Positions 17,621 to 25,509 of a stretch of 58,227 nt of DNA are shown here, piece after piece (position 1 is the stretch's first letter; each line of letters opens with the position of its first letter). The notes under the pieces were generated by a model, which was given only the letters and a program-made list of their open reading frames with translations, ran no database searches and was not told the origin of the DNA. The DNA comes from an uncultured Lachnospiraceae bacterium. GTDB lineage: Bacteria; Bacillota; Clostridia; Oscillospirales; CAG-272. The stretch is taken from NCBI GenBank assembly GCA_964472845.1, contig CAYYND010000001.1, forward strand, positions 5,427 to 63,653, in the 5' to 3' direction. The position numbers and the translations under genes are program-made.

Positions 17621-19327
17621 ATGACGTTATTAAATAAAAACGCCGAGACGAGCTACACTGCCTCAGAGCTGTCCGCCGAGGCAGAGGTGTGCGGCGCTTC
17701 GGTGAATGACAGGGTAGCCATCGGAAGACTTCGCTTTCTTAAGGAGCACTTCCACACCGATGCGCCTTCGGATAATAGGGTATACCTTGGCAAGGATGCG
17801 GAGATCGAAAGATACGAGGCGGCTTGCAGACTGGCGTCAGCGGAGCTTGACGAGATCAGTGCCATAGCATCCGAGCGCGTCGGTGCCGGCGAGGCAGAGA
17901 TATTTAAGATACACAAGCTTCTGCTTGAGGATGAGGAGCTCCGCGAGGGGGTATATTCGCATATACAAGAGGGCAAGACTGCCGAGGCCGCGATAGCGCT
18001 TGCGGTATCGGAGCTTAGTGAAATGTTTCGCGGGCTTGATGATCCCTATCTTTCGGCTCGGATCGCCGATCTGCGGGACGTCGGAGACCGTGTCGTGCGC
18101 ATTCTCGGCGGCACTTCCGAGCACACGGAGGAGCGTGACGCTGCGCGCTCGGGTGAAGGATCGGATAAAAAGTATATTCTTGTTGCCGACGACCTTTCTC
18201 CCAGCGAGACGGTAACGCTTGATATGTCAGAGATCGCGGGATTCGTTACTTTTAAAGGAAGTATAAACTCTCATACCGCGATACTTGCGCGATCTATCGG
18301 AATTCCCGCCGTTATAGGCACGGGAAACATAGACGACGCCTATGACGGGAGTCTTGCTCTGATCGACGGAAGGATGGGAAAGCTGTACATCGATCCCGAT
18401 AAAGAGCTGCTTGAACACTTCCGTAACGAGCTTGCCGGCGAGGATGCACGGGCTTTACGGCTCGATTCTTACAGGGGCAAGGAAAGCGTGACCAAGAGCG
18501 GACGAAAGCTAAGACTCTACGCCAACATCGGCGGCGAATCGGACGCGCGTTCGGCTCTCGCCGCGGACGCCGAGGGAATAGGGCTTTTGCGCAGCGAATT
18601 TCTGTATATCGGTAAGCGTCAGCTTCCCGACGAGGAGGAGCAGTACGGAGCTTACAGGAGAATAGCCGAGATTATGGGTGACAAGCCCGTTATTATAAGA
18701 TCGCTTGACATAGGAGCCGACAAGCAAGCGGAGAGTATAAGCGTGGGACGGGAGGACAACCCCGCACTCGGATTGAGGGGGATTCGACTGTGTTTGTCGG
18801 AGACCGAGCTTTTTAAAACACAGCTGAGGGCGGTGTGCCGCGCGTCGGCTCACGGAAATATTTCTCTTATGCTCCCAATGATAGTGTCTGTCGGCGAGGT
18901 CATCGCAACGCGAAAGCTGATCTCCGAGATACACCGCGAGTTGAGTGTTGAGGGCAAGGAATACGATAAAAATATGCAGGTGGGTATAATGATAGAGACC
19001 CCCGCGGCGGCGATAATGGCAGACGAGCTTGCGCAGGTTTCTGACTTCTTTTCGGTGGGAAGCAACGATCTTTGCCAATACACGCTTGCCGCAGACAGAC
19101 AAAACCGTTCGGTGGAGTATATTTGCCATGATGTTGAGCCGGCGTTGAGGCTTATTGAATATGCGGCGATGTCTGCGCATAAGCACGGAATATGGATAGG
19201 CGTTTGCGGAGAACTTGCCTCGGATATTGCGCTGACCGAAAGATTTATCGCTATGGGTATAGATGAGCTCTCGGTATCGGCTCCGTATATTCTTGCGGTA
19301 CGGGAGAAAATAAGGAACATCGATTAA
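17621..19327 (+). CDS. ptsI: phosphoenolpyruvate-protein phosphotransferase (PTS enzyme I)
   Basis: GSINSHTAILARSIGIPAV (active-site His) and GSNDLCQYTLA. 568 aa. Confidence 0.92.
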   Translation: MTLLNKNAETSYTASELSAEAEVCGASVNDRVAIGRLRFLKEHFHTDAPSDNRVYLGKDAEIERYEAACRLASAELDEISAIASERVGAGEAEIFKIHKLLLEDEELREGVYSHIQEGKTAEAAIALAVSELSEMFRGLDDPYLSARIADLRDVGDRVVRILGGTSEHTEERDAARSGEGSDKKYILVADDLSPSETVTLDMSEIAGFVTFKGSINSHTAILARSIGIPAVIGTGNIDDAYDGSLALIDGRMGKLYIDPDKELLEHFRNELAGEDARALRLDSYRGKESVTKSGRKLRLYANIGGESDARSALAADAEGIGLLRSEFLYIGKRQLPDEEEQYGAYRRIAEIMGDKPVIIRSLDIGADKQAESISVGREDNPALGLRGIRLCLSETELFKTQLRAVCRASAHGNISLMLPMIVSVGEVIATRKLISEIHRELSVEGKEYDKNMQVGIMIETPAAAIMADELAQVSDFFSVGSNDLCQYTLAADRQNRSVEYICHDVEPALRLIEYAAMSAHKHGIWIGVCGELASDIALTERFIAMGIDELSVSAPYILAVREKIRNID

Positions 19328-19343
19328 AAAGGAGATCAGAGCT

Positions 19344-19826
19344 ATGTTCGGAACAAAGCAAAAAAAGATCTGCGCAGTAGCCGACGGCGAAGCTATTGCC
19401 ATAGATAAAGTGCCTGACGAGGTATTTGCCTCGCGTATGCTCGGAGACGGCTTTGCCGTTGAGCCCGAGCGAGGGGAGATCGTAAGTCCCGTGGACGGAG
19501 AAATCACGAGCATAACGGAAACTAAGCACGCTTACACCATAACGAGTAACGACGGGCTTGAAATTCTTGTTCACATAGGAATAGATACGGTTGCACTTGG
19601 CGGAAGCGGATTTGAGCCCCTTGTTCGCGAGGGCTCGCGAGTAAAGGCGGGGGATCCCGTAGCGAGGGTCGATCTTTCGTTTGTGAAAGACAGCGGTTAT
19701 CAGACCGTTATCCCCGTTGTTGTTACCAATGCAGATGAGATTGGAATACGCGACCTTTCCTTTATCTTCGGAAACGTGAAGGGCGGCAAGAGTACAGTGG
19801 CACTGTATTCCGTGCCGAGAGGGTAA
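19344..19826 (+). CDS. PTS glucose-family EIIA component
   Basis: VPDEVFASRMLGDGFAVEP...HAYTI...ILVHIGIDTV (two conserved His residues of EIIA-Glc). Confidence 0.9.
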   Translation: MFGTKQKKICAVADGEAIAIDKVPDEVFASRMLGDGFAVEPERGEIVSPVDGEITSITETKHAYTITSNDGLEILVHIGIDTVALGGSGFEPLVREGSRVKAGDPVARVDLSFVKDSGYQTVIPVVVTNADEIGIRDLSFIFGNVKGGKSTVALYSVPRG

Positions 19827-20180
19827 GAAAAATTTCCACCTTTTTTGAAAAAAAGGTGGAGCCCAAAAACTTCATAGAAAATCAATCGTTTTCTTTTTGT
19901 CGTTTTGCGCCTCTCGCGCCAAGAGAAAAAGTGACTAAGGAGTTTGGCTTTTGCGGTAAATTTTCCACCTTTTTTGAAAAAAAGGTGGAGCCAAAAAACT
20001 TCATAGAAAATCAATCGTTTTCTTTTTGTCGTTTTGTGCCTCTCGTGCCAAGGGAAAAAGTGACTAAGGAGTTTGGCTTTTGCGATAAATTTTCCACGTT
20101 GTTAAAGAGAGGCGGAGCCAAAAAGCTTTGCATAAAAGAAAACAGAAAGGGTCTTTTTAAGTTTTTGGTGGGTGCGGGGG
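19827..20180. repeat. Tandem array of two ~129-bp units plus a degenerate third, belonging to the palindromic repeat family. It lies between the EIIA and EIICB genes.
   Basis: tttccaccttttttgaaaaaaaggtggagcc recurs at about 19833 and 19962, with a decayed copy at 20091. The two full units differ at about five positions by eye. The orientation is opposite to the 3513 array. Confidence 0.9.
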
Positions 20181-20283
20181 ATGTTTTAATGCGACAGCTT
20201 GCGCGAAAAAATCTGCGAAAAGCTCTCTGCCAATTTTAAAAATTTTGTTTATGCCGCCGCACGGCGGCGGAATGGAGATCAAT

Positions 20284-21942
20284 ATGGACGCAACGGTAAA
20301 TACCAACGCTCCGAAAAAAAGAGGTTCTCGGACGTTTGGTACACTTCAGCGCATAGGACGGGCGTTTATGCTCCCGATAGCCCTGCTTCCGATCGCGGGG
20401 CTCTTGCTCGGAATAGGAGCCTCTCTTACCAACCAAACGATGCTTGAGGCATACGGGCTTACCTCCATCCTCGGAGAGGGAACGGTCGCGTATGCGGTTT
20501 TGTCGGTATTCAGCGAGGTTGGATCGATCATATTCAACAACCTTCCCATTATATTCGCGATGGGAGTAGCACTTGGTATGGCGGAAAGCGAAAAGGGAAC
20601 GGCGACACTTTCTGCCGCTATTGCTTTCTTTGTAATGCACCAGACGATCAATACACTGCTTTTCCTCAGCGGTCAGCTTGATCCCGATGCGGAGCTGCTC
20701 GAGGGATCGGTGGCAAACGTAGTGGGCATCGAATCTCTTCAGATGGGCGTTTTCGGCGGCATCATTGTAGGACTCGGAGTCGCTTGGCTTCACAATCGGT
20801 TCTACAAGATCAAGCTTCCGAACGTCATCTCCTTTTTCGGCGGAACGAGATTTATACCTATCATCTCAACGCTGGCATACGTCGGGGTCGGTGTTATTAT
20901 GTTCTTCATCTGGCCTTACGTTCAGTCTGCCATATATGCGCTCGGCGAGCTCGTTCTGAATTCGGGTTATGTCGGCACTCTCATCTACGGCTTTATTGAA
21001 AGGATACTCATTCCGTTTGGACTTCATCACGTGTTCTATCTGCCGTTCTGGCAAACGGGACTCGGCGGATCTGCCGTGATAGATGGAACACTCGTATACG
21101 GAGCGCAAAATATCTTCTTTGCCGAGCTTGCCTCGCCTTCTACGGAGGTCTTTTCGGTGGCGGCAACGAGATTTATGAGCGGAAAGTTTCCTTTGATGAT
21201 ATTCGGATTACCCGGTGCGGCGCTTGCTATGTACGTTTGCGCGAAGAGCAGTAAGAAAAAGGTCGCGGGAGGACTTTTGCTTTCAGCCGCGCTTACTTCG
21301 ATGCTCACGGGAATAACCGAGCCGCTGGAATTTACATTCCTTTTTGTGGCTCCCGTGCTTTATTTCATCCATTCGATACTTGCGGGCGTGGCTTATATGC
21401 TTATGCACATTTTAAAGGTCGGCGTCGGTATGACCTTTTCGGGCGGTGTTATAGACCTGTTTTTGTTCGGTATACTGCAAGGCAACCAAAAGACCAATTG
21501 GATCATGATCATTCCCGTAGGCTTAGCATATTTCGCCGTGTACTTCTTCCTTTTTCGCTTTATGATACGTAAATTTAATTACGTTACACCCGGACGAGAA
21601 GAGGACGATACGGAGACAAAGCTTTACCGACGCGCCGATTATGATGCCAAAAAAGCCGAGGAGCACGGTGCAAATGCAGAGGTTAGTGCCGAGTCGGGCA
21701 AGGATCATACGTCCGCGCTCATACTTGAAGGGCTCGGGGGCAAGGAAAATATCGTAAATCTGGATTGCTGTGCTACACGTCTCAGGGTCACCGTAGCAGA
21801 TGCCGATAAGGTCTCTCACGGTATGCTGAAGCAGTCGGGAGCGGCGGGAGTGATAAAACGCGGAGACGGCGTGCAGGTCGTCTACGGACCATCGGTGTCG
21901 GTAATTAAAAGTGAGCTTGAGGACTATATGAATAAGCATTGA
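20284..21942 (+). CDS. PTS glucose/N-acetylglucosamine-family EIICB component
   Basis: LQRIGRAFMLPIALLPIAGLLLGIG (EIIC N-terminus) and a C-terminal EIIB with NLDCCATRLRV (phospho-Cys). I chose the ATG at 20284, behind ggaga. Confidence 0.88.
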   Translation: MDATVNTNAPKKRGSRTFGTLQRIGRAFMLPIALLPIAGLLLGIGASLTNQTMLEAYGLTSILGEGTVAYAVLSVFSEVGSIIFNNLPIIFAMGVALGMAESEKGTATLSAAIAFFVMHQTINTLLFLSGQLDPDAELLEGSVANVVGIESLQMGVFGGIIVGLGVAWLHNRFYKIKLPNVISFFGGTRFIPIISTLAYVGVGVIMFFIWPYVQSAIYALGELVLNSGYVGTLIYGFIERILIPFGLHHVFYLPFWQTGLGGSAVIDGTLVYGAQNIFFAELASPSTEVFSVAATRFMSGKFPLMIFGLPGAALAMYVCAKSSKKKVAGGLLLSAALTSMLTGITEPLEFTFLFVAPVLYFIHSILAGVAYMLMHILKVGVGMTFSGGVIDLFLFGILQGNQKTNWIMIIPVGLAYFAVYFFLFRFMIRKFNYVTPGREEDDTETKLYRRADYDAKKAEEHGANAEVSAESGKDHTSALILEGLGGKENIVNLDCCATRLRVTVADADKVSHGMLKQSGAAGVIKRGDGVQVVYGPSVSVIKSELEDYMNKH

Positions 21943-21999
21943 AACACCGAGCCTTTGAAAATTATTTTTCAAAAAACCGAAAAAGTTTGGCAAAAGGTA

Positions 22000-22028
22000 T
22001 TGACAAAAGCTCTCCCTTGATGTATAAT
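22000..22028 (+). promoter_or_regulatory. consensus sigma-A promoter of the tRNA-Arg gene
   Basis: ttgaca-N17-tataat exactly, about 25 nt upstream of the tRNA 5' end. Confidence 0.75.
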
Positions 22029-22052
22029 AGCCAAGTACGATGAATTGAGTAT

Positions 22053-22126
22053 GTGGCATTAGCTCAGTTGGATAGAGTGCTTGGCTACGAACCAATAGGT
22101 CGGGGGTTCGAGTCCCTCATGCCACG
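22053..22126 (+). tRNA. tRNA-Arg (anticodon ACG). CCA is not encoded.
   Basis: Hand-folded cloverleaf: acceptor gtggcat/atgccac, D arm gctc-agttggata-gagt, anticodon arm cttgg-ctACGaa-ccaat, variable loop aggtc, T arm ggggg-ttcgagt-ccctc, discriminator g. 74 nt. Confidence 0.9.
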
Positions 22127-22135
22127 GAAAGAAAA

Positions 22136-22166
22136 AGCACATTTGCGAAAGCAAATGTGCTTTTTT
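22136..22166 (+). terminator. rho-independent terminator after tRNA-Arg
   Basis: agcacatttgc-gaaa-gcaaatgtgct stem-loop followed by ttttt. Confidence 0.85.
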
Positions 22167-22193
22167 GGTGAAACAAAAGGAACGGTTACAAAT

Positions 22194-22745
22194 ATGAGAC
22201 ATAAAATTTTGATCGCCTCGGATATACACGGCTCGGCGACCTATTGCAAGCAATTGCTTGCGCGATTTGAAGATTCGGGCGCGGAAAAGCTCGTTCTGCT
22301 CGGCGACATACTTTACCACGGCCCGAGAAATGATCTTCCGGACGGGTATGCGCCCAAGCAGGTCATAGCTATGCTTTCGGAGTATAAGGATAAGATAATC
22401 GCGGTGCGCGGAAATTGCGAGGCGGAGGTCGACGCTATGGTACTTCCTTTTCCCGTGATGGCGGATTACGCCGTACTTTTCTTCGGAAATAAGGTGCTCT
22501 ACCTTACACACGGACACCTTTTTTCACCCGAGGCGCCCATAAATATGCGTAAAGGCGAGATAATGATATCGGGTCACACGCATATACCGCTGAGGCGCGA
22601 ATGTGGCGGCAGGATATATCTTAATCCGGGGTCGGTATCGATACCCAAAAACGGTTCGCCTCATTCCTATATGCTTGCCGAGTCGGATGGTGAGGACGTC
22701 ACGTTCGGCTGGTATAGCCTTGATGGTGAAGAGTATCGTGTCTGA
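22194..22745 (+). CDS. yfcE: YfcE-type metallophosphoesterase (phosphodiesterase)
   Basis: MRHKILIASDIHGS...LVLLGDILYHGPRNDLPDGYAPKQV...IAVRGNCEAEVD closely parallels E. coli YfcE as I recall it. The upstream part of the ORF (22053-22193) is the tRNA and its terminator. Confidence 0.85.
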   Translation: MRHKILIASDIHGSATYCKQLLARFEDSGAEKLVLLGDILYHGPRNDLPDGYAPKQVIAMLSEYKDKIIAVRGNCEAEVDAMVLPFPVMADYAVLFFGNKVLYLTHGHLFSPEAPINMRKGEIMISGHTHIPLRRECGGRIYLNPGSVSIPKNGSPHSYMLAESDGEDVTFGWYSLDGEEYRV

Positions 22746-22788
22746 TGTCGCGAGGTGAAGCAGTGTATAACGCTTAAAAAACAGTAAA

Positions 22789-22824
22789 AGTGCTTATGAT
22801 ATGAGATGTCATAGGCACTTTTTG
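22789..22824 (+). terminator. rho-independent terminator after yfcE
   Basis: agtgcttatgat...gtcataggcact stem followed by ttttg. Confidence 0.65.
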
Positions 22825-22856
22825 CTTGCAAAAGATAAAAAAATATATATAAACTG

Positions 22857-22897
22857 TTGACAAACTTATTCAAAGAATATATAATAACAAGTGTTAT
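22857..22897 (+). promoter_or_regulatory. consensus sigma-A promoter with an overlapping palindrome, a candidate TetR operator
   Basis: ttgaca (22857) -N17- tataat (22880). The inverted repeat ataaca-ag-tgttat at 22884-22897 overlaps the -10 and +1 region. Confidence 0.6.
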
Positions 22898-22925
22898 ATA
22901 ATTGATGCTTAGAAAAGGAGTCGCT

Positions 22926-23498
22926 ATGCCGCCAAGGGTGAAGATCACAAGATCCGAAATAAAGAACGCCGCGATAGAGCTCATAAGACTCAAGGGCACC
23001 GATGCGCTTAACGCACGCGAGCTTGCTCGTGCGCTCGGTTGCTCAACTCAGCCGATATTTTCAAATTATGAAAATATGGACGAGCTTAAAGCGGATGTAA
23101 TGATGGGAGCGGAGGATATATACCGCTCTTATACCGAGCGAGAGATCGCGTCGGGAAAATATGTGACGTACAAGGCTATCGGAATGAGCTATATAAAGTT
23201 TGCGGTAAGCGAACAGGAGCTCTTCAAGCTCCTGTTTATGAGAGACAGACGGGGAGAGGAGTCCGGATCCGACTACGGATATGCCGAGGCGGTCGATGTC
23301 ATTCGCAAGAACACGGGACTCTCGTATGAAGAGGCGACTCTGTTTCATCTCGAAATGTGGATATGCGTTCACGGTATCGCAACTATGCTCGCGACCTCAT
23401 ATTTTACCCTCGACGAGGAACTCGTCAGCAAGATACTGACGGACACCTACGAGGGACTGAAAAATAGATTTGCGCAAAGGAGAAAAGACAATGAATAA
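22926..23498 (+). CDS. TetR/AcrR family transcriptional regulator
   Basis: N-terminal HTH: ITRSEIKNAAIELIRLKGTDALNARELARALGCSTQPIFSNY. The ATG lies behind aaaggag. Confidence 0.85.
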   Translation: MPPRVKITRSEIKNAAIELIRLKGTDALNARELARALGCSTQPIFSNYENMDELKADVMMGAEDIYRSYTEREIASGKYVTYKAIGMSYIKFAVSEQELFKLLFMRDRRGEESGSDYGYAEAVDVIRKNTGLSYEEATLFHLEMWICVHGIATMLATSYFTLDEELVSKILTDTYEGLKNRFAQRRKDNE

Positions 23499-24411
23499 TA
23501 ACAGTATCATCGAAATAGAACATCTCCATAAAAGTTTTGGAGAGGTCAAGGCGGTACAGGATCTCAGCTTTGAGGTCAGAAAAGGTGAGCTGTTCGCGTT
23601 CCTCGGAGTAAACGGCGCGGGAAAATCGACTACCATTTCAATTATGTGCTGTCAAAATCAAAAGGACTCGGGCGAGATCTTCATAAACGGTAAGAATATC
23701 GACAAGTACGCCGACGACGTCAAGTGCGATATCGGTTGCGTGTTCCAAAATTCCGTGCTTGATAAGTCGCTGACGGTCAGAGATAATCTTGAAAATCGCG
23801 CTGCACTTTACGGAATCAACGGTGCCGACTTTAAAAAACGGCTTGCCGAGCTTTCCGAGATACTTGAGCTCGGTGATCTGCTCAAACGCACGGTCGGCAA
23901 GCTCTCGGGCGGACAACGCCGCAGGATAGATATCGCTCGCGCACTGCTTCACAAGCCCAAGATACTTATACTTGACGAGCCGACGACGGGACTCGATCCG
24001 CAGACTCGTAAGATCATCTGGCAGACTATATCAGATCTGCGCCAAAACGAGAATATGACCGTATTTCTTACCACTCACTATATGGAAGAGGCGGCAGAGG
24101 CGGACTACGTTGTAATATTGGACAGCGGAAAGATATCCGCCAAAGGTACGCCGCTCGAGCTGAAAAACAAATATACGGGTGATTTTATTACGGTCTACGG
24201 TATGAGCGAGGAGGACGTGGCAAAGCTCGGGCAACCGTACGAGCCGATACGCGATGCGTTCCGCATATCCGTGCCGAACACTGCCGCAGCGACCGAGCTG
24301 ATAATAAACCATCCGGAGCTTTTTGTGGATTATGAGATCACAAAGGGCAAAATGGACGATGTATTTCTTGCCGTGACAGGCAAAAAGCTTACGGGAGGTA
24401 ATGAAAAATGA
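23491..24411 (+). CDS. ABC transporter ATP-binding protein (ABC-2/DrrA-like exporter)
   Basis: Walker A GVNGAGKST, signature LSGGQRRR and Walker B ILILDEP. It overlaps the TetR gene by 8 nt. Confidence 0.88.
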   Translation: MNNNSIIEIEHLHKSFGEVKAVQDLSFEVRKGELFAFLGVNGAGKSTTISIMCCQNQKDSGEIFINGKNIDKYADDVKCDIGCVFQNSVLDKSLTVRDNLENRAALYGINGADFKKRLAELSEILELGDLLKRTVGKLSGGQRRRIDIARALLHKPKILILDEPTTGLDPQTRKIIWQTISDLRQNENMTVFLTTHYMEEAAEADYVVILDSGKISAKGTPLELKNKYTGDFITVYGMSEEDVAKLGQPYEPIRDAFRISVPNTAAATELIINHPELFVDYEITKGKMDDVFLAVTGKKLTGGNEK

Positions 24412-25307
24412 CGGGCTTTTACAGTTTGATAAAACGCAATACGAAATTGTTTTTCAAGGATAAGGGAATGTTTTTTACATCCCTTATAACACCGCTTATA
24501 CTTTTAGTGCTCTACGCTACCTTCCTTTTTAACGTATATCACGATTCGTTTACGTCGGCGGTTCCCGAGGGCTTTTATGTGGATAAGAAGCTCGTGAACG
24601 GTATTGTGGGCGGTCAGCTTGTCTCTTCTTTGCTTGCCGTATCTTGCGTTACGGTCTCCTTCTGCGCCAATATGCTTATGGTTCAGGATAAGGTCACGGG
24701 GGTCATACACGATATCACGATAACGCCCGTAAAAAGATCGACTATGGCACTCGGATACTACGTAGCTACACTGATCTCCACTCTTATGATAGGGTATATC
24801 GCGTTGGCAGGCGGCTTGGTATACCTTGCCGCGATCGGCTGGTATCTCAGCGTTGCCGATGTCGCGCTTGCCATTCTCGATGTATTCTTGCTTGTAATGT
24901 TCGGCACGGTGCTCTCATCTATCATAAATTGCTCGCTTTCCTCTCAAGGGCAGATCTCCGCAGTCGGCACGGTCGTGAGTTCGTGCTACGGCTTTGTTTG
25001 CGGAGCGTATATGCCGATCTCTCAATTCGACGATACGCTTCAGAAGATACTTATGTTCCTTCCCGGTACTTACGGCACGTCGCTCGTGCGCAATCACATG
25101 ATGCAGGGCACATTTAAAGAGATGCTCGCTCAGAATTATCCCGCCGAGGTCGTCGAGGCGATAAAGGACAGCGTCGACTGCAATCTTTATTTCTTCGGTG
25201 ATAAGGTGTCAAGCGGAGCTATGTACGCCGTGTTGGGCGTAAGCATTGCTGTGCTGATGGCAATATATATCCTTATCAATGTATTTTCAAAGAAAAAATT
25301 GAAATAA
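24408..25307 (+). CDS. ABC-2 type transporter permease
   Basis: Six predicted TM segments. The ATGA overlap with the ATPase stop indicates coupling. Confidence 0.8.
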   Translation: MTGFYSLIKRNTKLFFKDKGMFFTSLITPLILLVLYATFLFNVYHDSFTSAVPEGFYVDKKLVNGIVGGQLVSSLLAVSCVTVSFCANMLMVQDKVTGVIHDITITPVKRSTMALGYYVATLISTLMIGYIALAGGLVYLAAIGWYLSVADVALAILDVFLLVMFGTVLSSIINCSLSSQGQISAVGTVVSSCYGFVCGAYMPISQFDDTLQKILMFLPGTYGTSLVRNHMMQGTFKEMLAQNYPAEVVEAIKDSVDCNLYFFGDKVSSGAMYAVLGVSIAVLMAIYILINVFSKKKLK

Positions 25308-25311
25308 AATA

Positions 25312-25480
25312 TTGAGGCTCTGCCTCAAACTCCGCCAAGGAACTTTTTTGAGAAAAAGTTCCTTGGATCTTCAAAAAGCTGAAAAGCAACTTATTGAGAA
25401 CTTCTTTTTGAAGTTTTTGGGAGTTCCAAGAACACTTTTAAAAAAGAATTCTTGGTTAAAACCTTGAGACAGAGCCTAAA
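25312..25480. mobile_element. Compact MITE-like element (about 169 bp) with terminal inverted repeats, belonging to the palindromic repeat family
   Basis: Ends are ttgaggctctg ... cagagcctaaa. Internal hairpins are ccaaggaacttttttgagaaaaagttccttgg and ccaagaacacttttaaaaaagaattcttgg. It begins 4 nt after the permease stop. Confidence 0.75.
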
Positions 25481-25509
25481 TTTAAATTTATCACACCTCC
25501 GCCGCGGCT

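Noticed and set aside
18509-19513. 334-aa ORF on the minus strand
   Set aside because: It is antisense to ptsI and EIIA, whose products have unmistakable motifs. It is a shadow ORF of the kind expected opposite a strongly codon-biased coding frame.
19700-20239. ORFs 19700..20014(-) and 19856..20239(+) between the PTS genes
   Set aside because: They are translations of the 129-bp tandem repeat and contain internally repeated peptide sequence. They are not coding.
20100-20283. RAT/terminator antitermination element (BglG/LicT type) upstream of the EIICB gene
   Set aside because: No match to the RAT consensus (GGATTGTTACTG…). Only a short GC hairpin (gccgcc-gcac-ggcggc) lies next to the SD, and no antiterminator gene is nearby.
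22053-22193. N-terminal 47 codons of ORF 22053..22745
   Set aside because: This stretch is the tRNA-Arg gene plus its terminator. The real yfcE start is the ATG at 22194.
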